Assembly: GCF_046299575.1 (NCBI RefSeq)
Contig: NZ_JBKBHX010000006.1
Span: forward strand, 105,565 to 169,564
Source of the DNA: Thermaurantimonas sp.
Lineage (GTDB): Bacteria; Bacteroidota; Bacteroidia; Flavobacteriales; Schleiferiaceae
Length of the DNA stretch: 64,000 bases
Reading direction: 5' to 3'
The position numbers were made by a program, and so were the translations under genes. Numbering within the stretch: the first letter of the stretch is position 1; each line of letters starts with the position of its first letter. A model generated the notes under the pieces. That model was not told the origin of the DNA, searched no databases, and saw nothing but the letters and a program-made list of their open reading frames with translations. Positions 57,402-64,000 of the stretch are shown here, piece after piece.

Positions 57402-58337
57402 TTAACAGAAATACATCCAAAATCCGAAGAGTATATAAATAGTTAAAAAGACCAGGGAATCAAATTGTTTTATAGATGTTTTTCTCTTTAAATATATATA
57501 AAAATAAACAGTGATCAAGGAAAAGAAATAAGCTCCAAACATACATCGATAATTAATTGAGCTATCATCAGAATTACCCCAAAAAAACAATGGAAATACG
57601 AAAACTACTACCCAATTAAATACACCGCTTCCCATCAAATTAGATATGGCGACAGATGAAATATTTTTTCGAATTAAATAAATGGTAAGTAAAAATTCCG
57701 GAATGCTTGTAATACTACCTATGAGTAGAGCACTTGTTAGCACATCTTTTCCGCCAAACACGAATGAAACAGCCTGGCCTGATTCTACAAGAAAAATACT
57801 GCCAAAAAACGTCAATAATACTCCATAAAGAAGTGATGAAACGGGATGTGTTTTAATAAAGGACGATGCAGGAAGTTGCCTTTCATTTAAATTCCTTAGA
57901 ACACTTTTACGAACTAAATAACCAAAGAGAATAAAAAGAATGAAAAAAATTATGAAAGTAACGGGATGAATTTTTGATGTATATATGAAATTCAAAAACA
58001 GTATAAAACCAAATAAAATCTGCACCCATAGATCTTCTTCACGATGAAATCCTGAAACCCTCACAGGATATCGCCATACTACCAGACCTAGCAACAGTGT
58101 GAAATTAAAAACATTACTGCCGATTACTAGAGGAAATGGCACAGACGTATAGTGAAAATATATGCTGTATAAAACACAAAAAATTTCTGGTAATGATGTA
58201 AATGCCGACAATATTAAAAAGCCCACTGCAGCAGGCTGATGGCGAAAAAAAACTGAAATGTGAATCGTAAACCTAAATAAAAAAAAATATCCTGATCCGA
58301 TGAGAATAACAGCAGGAATCAGGAGTAATTCGATCAT
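57402..58337 (-). CDS. Ca2+/cation antiporter (CaCA) family membrane protein
   Basis: 311 aa and about 10 transmembrane segments. Two internally similar halves carry alpha-repeat-like segments (SAFTSLPEIF ... GSNVFN and GSITSIPEFL ... GSGVFN). Confidence 0.65.
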   Translation of the reverse strand: MIELLLIPAVILIGSGYFFLFRFTIHISVFFRHQPAAVGFLILSAFTSLPEIFCVLYSIYFHYTSVPFPLVIGSNVFNFTLLLGLVVWRYPVRVSGFHREEDLWVQILFGFILFLNFIYTSKIHPVTFIIFFILFILFGYLVRKSVLRNLNERQLPASSFIKTHPVSSLLYGVLLTFFGSIFLVESGQAVSFVFGGKDVLTSALLIGSITSIPEFLLTIYLIRKNISSVAISNLMGSGVFNWVVVFVFPLFFWGNSDDSSINYRCMFGAYFFSLITVYFYIYLKRKTSIKQFDSLVFLTIYILFGFWMYFC

Positions 58338-58338
58338 A

Positions 58339-58599
58339 CTAACGCTTTCGGCTTATGGTACCTTCGATTTCTTGTTTTACTTTTTCGATTTCTTTTGTTG
58401 TATCATTAAGTTTATCTTTTTCGATTACTTCTTCAGCCGAACGAGTGATTTCATTTTTTATCTCCTGAGTAGCTCTGCGAATTTCATAAATACCTCTCCC
58501 TAAACTGCGAGCAATTTCTGGAATGGAATCAGCACCGAAAAAAAGCAGAACAAACAGTAGAATGAAGACAATTTCACCAAATCCTATAAAAAGAAGCAC
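58339..58599 (-). CDS. tatA: Twin-arginine translocase TatA/E family protein
   Basis: 86 aa. An N-terminal transmembrane segment, then FGADSIPEIARSLGRGIYEIRRA (amphipathic helix). Confidence 0.8.
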   Translation of the reverse strand: MLLFIGFGEIVFILLFVLLFFGADSIPEIARSLGRGIYEIRRATQEIKNEITRSAEEVIEKDKLNDTTKEIEKVKQEIEGTISRKR

Positions 58600-58641
58600 T
58601 TTTTAAAACGCTTTATGATGAGCAAAGATATAGCCAATAAA

Positions 58642-58666
58642 TAAAAAAGCCGGTTTTCATCCGGCT
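58642..58666 (-). terminator. Stem-loop terminator downstream of secDF
   Basis: AGCCGG-TTTTCAT-CCGGCT flanked by an A-run and a T-run (58643..58671). Confidence 0.65.
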
Positions 58667-58703
58667 TTTTAAAAGTGCTAAATTTCACTCAAGCAAATTA
58701 CAA

Positions 58704-61700
58704 CTAAACATTTGCAGCCTTGTGTGCTTCTTGCAGCTTTATACGATCCTCTTCGCTGAAGGTATCGTATACTACAGGAGTTGCGATGAACAGAGATGAG
58801 TAAGTCCCTACGATCACGCCCATCATGAGGGCAAACATAAACCCGCGAATTACTTCACCACCAAAAATGAAAATTATTACCAATACAAATAAAGTGGTAA
58901 GAGAGGTGTTGATCGTGCGACCTAATGTATTGTTCACCGCTTCATTGATTACTTCGTTGATAGGTTTACGACGGCTGTGGGTTGCAAAATACTCGCGAAT
59001 GCGGTCGAAGACAATAACAGTATCGTTAAGCGAATAACCAATAACTGTAAGCAATGCCGCGATAAAAGCCTGATCGATTTCCAGCGTAAACGGAACGATG
59101 CCGTAGAGCAACGAGAAGAGTGAAATTACCACCAGTACATCGTGGAAGGCTGCCAGAACTGCGCCAAGGCTGAATTGCCAACGGCTAAAGCGAACAAGAA
59201 TATACAAGAAGATCACCAGCAATGAGAAAACCAATGCCCAAATTGCTGACTCCTTGATGTCGTCGGCTATGGTAGGACCAACCTGTCGCTCAGCCACTAT
59301 ACCGATTCCGCTGTCGTTATCCAGAAACTGGCTTTCAGGAACTTCAGTTGCGTAAAAAGGTTTGCAGGCCTGGTAGAGTTTGCCTTTTATTTCATTTTCT
59401 ACCTCGAGTCCGGTCTGATTGATTTTGTATTTGGTGGTAACAATTACCTGATTGGCAGATCCGATGGTTTTTACGGTAGGTACAATCTTTTTTCCTGACT
59501 CATCGATAAAATATTCACCTATTGCAGTTGCCAGTTTTACTGTATTAACGGGTTGATCAAAGCGAATTTGATAAGATCGGCCACCTACAAAGTCAACGCC
59601 ATAATCTAATCCTCTTGTAAACAGAGAGATGATACCTGCAACAATAATAGCTCCTGAAATAAAATAAGCGCGCTTGCGCAGAGCTAGGAAGTCAATTTTT
59701 GAATTGGTAAATATTCCTTCCGTAAACTTTGAAGAGAAAGTAATGCTTTTCTTTTTTTCTAAACGAGCCTCAAAAATCAAGCGAGTGATGAAAATGGCAC
59801 AGAAAAGAGAAGTGAAAATACCGATGATCAATGTAGTAGCAAAGCCTCTGATCGGACCCGTACCAAATACATAGAGGATGATACCGGTGAGCAATGTTGT
59901 AACATTAGCGTCGATGATGGATGAGTAAGCAGCTTTGTAACCGTCAGAAATAGCCAGTTTCAATCCCTTACCGGCACGCAACTCTTCGCGAATGCGCTCG
60001 TAAATAATCACATTGGCGTCAACTGACATGCCTATGGTAAGAACTATACCGGCAATACCTGGCAAGGTTAGCACCGCACCAAGTGAGGCCAGCAGTCCAA
60101 AAATGAAGAACATGTTTACTACAAGTGCAACATTAGCAGCCACGCCTGCATTTTGGTAATAAAAGATCATGTAAATCAACACGATCACCAGCGCAATTAC
60201 AAAAGACCAAATACCAGCTCTGATGGATTCTTTACCAAGAGAAGGTCCCACGACGTCAGCTTGAACGATGCGGGCAGGCGCGGCTAGTTTACCGGCTTTT
60301 AAAATGTTTGCCAAGTCTTGAGCTTCTTGGATAGTAAAATTGCCTGTGATTTGAGTACGACCACCTGGAATTTCATTTTGCACCTGCGGAAAAGAGTATA
60401 CAAGATTGTCGAGCACTACTGCCACTGAGCGCTTTGGGTCTTGGCTTGCTGCTTCGCGAGTAATTTTCTGCCATTTTTGAGCACCCACGGCATTCATAGT
60501 CATGGTTACGATGGGGCGATTTCGCTCGTCAAAGTCCTGACGGGCATCGATCACCACATCGCCAGACAGATCTGGACGATCGTCGCGATTTCCTTTAATG
60601 GCTAGCAAAAACAATTGTTGTGATGACCCTTCAGGCTTAGCTGACCAAAGAAATTTCACGTATCTTTTGTCTGCCGGGAGTAATGCTCTGATTTGAGGCA
60701 TTGAAAGATACTTATTTACTTTAGCTGTATCTTTTACAAGGGCTATACCAACGATCGGACCCGGAACTGCACGGTTGTTTTGAAAATCGTAATAGGGTGC
60801 AAGTACTTCAAAGAGAGGATTGTATTGATTTTCTACCACAGAGGTATCGCTTTCTGCTTTTGCAGTATCTGTAGTTGTCCTGGTTTGCTCGGCTTGCGCG
60901 GTAGTTTGTTCGTCATCTACGCTCTTGATATTAAGTATATCTGAGGCTTTTTGATCTTTCTTCTCATCAATAGTAGTTGATTCCTTATCTCTTGGCACCA
61001 GTACTCTCAAGCGCTCATTGGCCTGGCTGAGAAAGTCAAGAAATTCGGAACCTTCATAAAGATTCCAGAATTCGAGCTGAGCGGTGCTTTGCAAAAGTTT
61101 TTTCACACGCTCAGGTTCTTTCACACCCGGAAGTTCGATGAGAATGCGTCCACTGTTTTCGAGCTTTTGTATGTTTGGCTGCACAACGCCAAATTGATCA
61201 ATACGGGCGCGCAATACAGTAAATACATTGTCAATAGCACCTTGTACCTCACGGCGAATTTCTTCCTTAATTTTTTCATCAGGCGCATTAAAACCTACGC
61301 GGTCGTTGAGCATTTTGGTGCCAAAAAGCGTGGGGTCGGAGTAACGCAGAGATAGGCCTTTAGCCTTCATCAGTGCATCGAGCTCTGTAAAGAACAGATT
61401 GGCGTAATTGTCCTGAGTGCTTCTCAGCTTTTTGTCTGTATTGTCAAGTGCTTCGAGGATGAGAGGATTGTTTTTATCACCAGCTAAGCTGCGAATGATG
61501 TCGCGTACCTGTACCTCTAGAATAACATTCATACCTCCCTTCAGGTCGAGGCCAAGGTTCAGTTCCTTTTGCTTGACTTCGGCGTATGTATATTTTCTTA
61601 TAAGAAGATTTAAAACTTTTTCAGAAGCCATTGAGTCGAGATAGCGCTGCTCGGCTTCTCTGTCGCCCCTGGCATATTCACGGGCTTTTCGCTCTATTCT

Positions 61701-61787
61701 AGAAGCTGTAAAGGTAAAAGTGAGCTGGTAAAGGCAAGCGATGGCAAAGGCTATAGCAAAGCCTTTGATAAGTCCCTTATTTTGCAT
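58704..61787 (-). CDS. secDF: Protein translocase subunit SecDF (fused)
   Basis: 1027 aa. SecD-type periplasmic domain, then two 6-TM RND-like bundles (GLDLKGGM..., LGPSLG..., IVLTIGMSVDANVIIYERIREE, VVISLF...LTVIGYSLNDTVIVFDRIRE). Confidence 0.95.
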   Translation of the reverse strand: MQNKGLIKGFAIAFAIACLYQLTFTFTASRIERKAREYARGDREAEQRYLDSMASEKVLNLLIRKYTYAEVKQKELNLGLDLKGGMNVILEVQVRDIIRSLAGDKNNPLILEALDNTDKKLRSTQDNYANLFFTELDALMKAKGLSLRYSDPTLFGTKMLNDRVGFNAPDEKIKEEIRREVQGAIDNVFTVLRARIDQFGVVQPNIQKLENSGRILIELPGVKEPERVKKLLQSTAQLEFWNLYEGSEFLDFLSQANERLRVLVPRDKESTTIDEKKDQKASDILNIKSVDDEQTTAQAEQTRTTTDTAKAESDTSVVENQYNPLFEVLAPYYDFQNNRAVPGPIVGIALVKDTAKVNKYLSMPQIRALLPADKRYVKFLWSAKPEGSSQQLFLLAIKGNRDDRPDLSGDVVIDARQDFDERNRPIVTMTMNAVGAQKWQKITREAASQDPKRSVAVVLDNLVYSFPQVQNEIPGGRTQITGNFTIQEAQDLANILKAGKLAAPARIVQADVVGPSLGKESIRAGIWSFVIALVIVLIYMIFYYQNAGVAANVALVVNMFFIFGLLASLGAVLTLPGIAGIVLTIGMSVDANVIIYERIREELRAGKGLKLAISDGYKAAYSSIIDANVTTLLTGIILYVFGTGPIRGFATTLIIGIFTSLFCAIFITRLIFEARLEKKKSITFSSKFTEGIFTNSKIDFLALRKRAYFISGAIIVAGIISLFTRGLDYGVDFVGGRSYQIRFDQPVNTVKLATAIGEYFIDESGKKIVPTVKTIGSANQVIVTTKYKINQTGLEVENEIKGKLYQACKPFYATEVPESQFLDNDSGIGIVAERQVGPTIADDIKESAIWALVFSLLVIFLYILVRFSRWQFSLGAVLAAFHDVLVVISLFSLLYGIVPFTLEIDQAFIAALLTVIGYSLNDTVIVFDRIREYFATHSRRKPINEVINEAVNNTLGRTINTSLTTLFVLVIIFIFGGEVIRGFMFALMMGVIVGTYSSLFIATPVVYDTFSEEDRIKLQEAHKAANV

Positions 61788-61866
61788 TCCTTACGATGGA
61801 TTAATGAGTTTTTTAATTTGAGGCCGCAAATATAGCCGACCGTTTCTAATTCAAAAGTCCTGAGTT

Positions 61867-63684
61867 TTATTTAAATGGCCACACCTGGTTTTTAAAATCC
61901 ACTCGTGCCAATCTGTAATATTTGTCAAGCGTTACTTTCTTAACTTCCTTGTATGGTACATCAGTTTTAAGCTCATAAACTGGTCGTACCCAAGGCCAAT
62001 AGGGCGCTGTAACAAATCCTTGGCGAGGTTGAGTCTGATACATTAAATCGATTGGAACGAAATAGGCATATTCTTTATCGGCTTCTACATATACCTCTAC
62101 AGGCATGATTGCTTTACCAGAATTTTCAATCACAACCACTGCTCGTCCGTCTGCATCTTCGCGCACCTCTTTGATGGCTACTTTAAGTGTTTTGGTGGAG
62201 TTAATCCATTGATGAAAATACCAATAGAGCTTTACACCCGACACTTTTTCCATACACTTGCGCAGTTCATCAGGGCCGGGATGTTTAAATTTATAGGTAT
62301 CATAGAAGAGCCTTAGCCCCTCAATCACTTTCTCGCGACCGATGATACCTTCGAGCTGAGCTAGTAATAAAGATCCCATGTAATAGGCCGCCGTACCATA
62401 GTTTCTGTTTGTGTGAAAATGATCAGCATGAATAGCCATAGGTTCAAAATTGCCATCGCGGGCTAATGCCACATAGCGCTCAAGCGAAGGGATGTGCGGA
62501 TTAGCCCGGCGGAGAGGATCGTCAGGAGGAAAGAGCTCATTCATAATCAGATCTTCCACATACGTAGTAAATCCTTCGTCCATGTAGTGATGTAGCGATT
62601 CATTAAATCCCAGAATGCCGTAAAACCAGCAATGTGCTGCCTCATGCACGCATAGGCCAACCATACCTTTTAATTCTCCGCTACCTAACACAAGTGTGGC
62701 CATCGGATATTCCATTCCTCCATCCCCACCCTGAATAAAGGAATACACAGGATAAGGATACTTTCCAACGTATTTCTCCATCAGTTTAAAGAAGCGCTCC
62801 ATATAGGCAGGAAGCTGTTCCCATGTGGCTACGTTTGCGGTTCGTGGCTTGTAAAAAAATCGTAGTAGCGGGCCATCAGAAATTTGATAGGTATTATGGA
62901 CATATTCCGGATCGGCAGCCCACACAAAGTCGTGCACATTTTCAGCCTTGAAGTGCCACGTAATACGCCCGTTGGGATTGTGTTTTACGGATTTTTTTGA
63001 ATAACCATAACCGATTTCATCTGCATTTTGCAAAACTCCGGTAGCTGCTACTACATATCGTGCCGGCAAGGTGATGCGCACATCCCAATCGCCAAAAACG
63101 CCATAAAACTCCCTGCCGACGTAAGGATTAGGATGCCAGCCGAGCCGGTCGTAGTTGCACAGCTTCGGATACCATTGTGCCATGCTGTAAGCTACGCCTT
63201 CTACGTTGTATCGGCCTGTACGTCTGATTTGCACAGGCACCTGACTTTGGTAGCGCATTTCTATCACTGCACTATCGCCCGGCAATACAAGTGCTTTAGG
63301 TATATGGAGAATGGTTTCGTACACATTGAAGGGCGTATCCTTGCCATTCACCTTCAAAGATTGAATTCGATGGTATCCGATTTCCTCTGGCTTGAGCCTT
63401 GAGATGCGGTCACCTACCCTTCGGTCGGGATCGGCTATGGTGCGCGAGCGCACATCCATCATGCTGCCCGGCTGAAAGGCATTGTAATACAGATGAAAAA
63501 AGAGTTCATTAAGCGTATCCGGACTTTGATTGTACAACACCAGCCTTTGCAAGCCCGTAAATTGATGCCTGCGGTCGTCAAAATCTACAGTTATATCATA
63601 TTTTACCCGGAGCTGCCAGTCTGTAGCATGTGCGATGTGAACGAAGAAAAATAAGGTAAGGAAGAAAAATCGTCTGTTGATCAT
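61867..63684 (-). CDS. M1-family zinc metallopeptidase with a signal peptide
   Basis: VHEAAHCWFYG (HExxH) plus a downstream MDEGFTTY glutamate, and a GGMEYP (GxMEN-like) motif. Confidence 0.85.
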   Translation of the reverse strand: MINRRFFFLTLFFFVHIAHATDWQLRVKYDITVDFDDRRHQFTGLQRLVLYNQSPDTLNELFFHLYYNAFQPGSMMDVRSRTIADPDRRVGDRISRLKPEEIGYHRIQSLKVNGKDTPFNVYETILHIPKALVLPGDSAVIEMRYQSQVPVQIRRTGRYNVEGVAYSMAQWYPKLCNYDRLGWHPNPYVGREFYGVFGDWDVRITLPARYVVAATGVLQNADEIGYGYSKKSVKHNPNGRITWHFKAENVHDFVWAADPEYVHNTYQISDGPLLRFFYKPRTANVATWEQLPAYMERFFKLMEKYVGKYPYPVYSFIQGGDGGMEYPMATLVLGSGELKGMVGLCVHEAAHCWFYGILGFNESLHHYMDEGFTTYVEDLIMNELFPPDDPLRRANPHIPSLERYVALARDGNFEPMAIHADHFHTNRNYGTAAYYMGSLLLAQLEGIIGREKVIEGLRLFYDTYKFKHPGPDELRKCMEKVSGVKLYWYFHQWINSTKTLKVAIKEVREDADGRAVVVIENSGKAIMPVEVYVEADKEYAYFVPIDLMYQTQPRQGFVTAPYWPWVRPVYELKTDVPYKEVKKVTLDKYYRLARVDFKNQVWPFK

Positions 63685-63722
63685 TCGGCCAATGTTTAAA
63701 CGTCAAAGAAAACCACCGGCCG

Positions 63723-63750
63723 AAAATAAAAAAACCGACAATATGTCGGT
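63723..63750 (-). terminator. Stem-loop terminator just downstream of tmRNA
   Basis: ACCGACA-ATA-TGTCGGT (63734..63750) is followed on the minus strand by a T-run (63723..63733 is A-rich on plus). Confidence 0.65.
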
Positions 63751-63758
63751 CGATTGAG

Positions 63759-64000
63759 TGGAGCTGGCGGGATTCGAACCCGCGTCCAAACAAGGAATAC
63801 ATCAGCTTTCTACATGCTTAGTCTGTCGTTGCTTTTTCGACCACCGGATGGAGACAGACACCCTGCCGATGGCTTAGCTGCTTCAATTTCGGGGTGTGAC
63901 TGCAGCATTCACTCCCCTATTCACCCTTTTATGACACCCTGTAACCCACCGCCGGGCGAATCGGCTGTGGCAGGATGACTTGCTCTGCCACCTGGTGACA
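63759..64000 (-). ncRNA. ssrA: tmRNA, 3' portion (5' end beyond the window)
   Basis: The reverse complement ends ...GACTAAGCATGTAGAAAGCTGATGTATTCCTTGTTTGGACGCGGGTTCGAATCCCGCCAGCTCCA. The GACTAAGCATGTAG box and the GGACGCGGGTTC.A.TCCCGCCAGCTCCA tRNA-like 3' end closely match the E. coli tmRNA terminus. Confidence 0.9.

Noticed and set aside
63759-63835. tRNA-like T-arm/acceptor sequence as a stand-alone tRNA gene
   Set aside because: The upstream sequence contains the tmRNA-specific GACTAAGCATGTAG box and cannot form a cloverleaf. It is the tRNA-like 3' end of ssrA.

Overview
This window looks like a Bacteroidota-type chromosome. The evidence is a UpxY-like NusG paralog, a fused SecDF, a DUF4199-like protein, tight same-strand operons and frequent 4-nt ATGA overlaps. 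All family calls come from motif recognition in the supplied translations and from my own hand translations; I ran no database search.

Layout:
- 1-20.1 kb: one long minus-strand surface-polysaccharide locus. It holds GT4 and GT2 transferases, Wzy-like and Wzx-like proteins, Wzm plus a truncated Wzt, three methyltransferases, two AsnB-like amidotransferases, a nucleotide-sugar dehydrogenase, two epimerases and an initiating sugar transferase. It shows several decay or contingency signatures.
- 20.6-30.4 kb: housekeeping genes (IcmF-type fused mutase, OxyR, Smr protein, Kef-type antiporter, PaaI thioesterase, Aat, an Ala-variant alkyltransferase-like protein).
- 30.8-41.6 kb: the most interesting part. 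A type I restriction-modification operon (hsdM ... hsdS ... hsdR) is split by four cargo genes: a GIY-YIG nuclease cassette flanked by hairpin repeats, a translationally coupled pair of unknown proteins (175 aa and 263 aa), and a 916-aa PHP-phosphoesterase/coiled-coil ABC-type ATPase whose stop codon overlaps the hsdR start. Related short hairpin elements are also inserted in frame inside hsdR (twice) and hsdM.
- 41.9-42.9 kb: a decayed gene at the island edge.
- 43-64 kb: a GC-rich S9 peptidase, tRNA-Arg(ACG), clpS, murI, queD, an NlpC/P60 peptidase, thiolase, LMW-PTP, purE, a UpxY-like gene, padR-pspC, a very AT-rich sensor kinase block, tatA, secDF, an M1 peptidase and the 3' part of tmRNA.

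I recognised no rRNA, CRISPR array, integrase or transposase.
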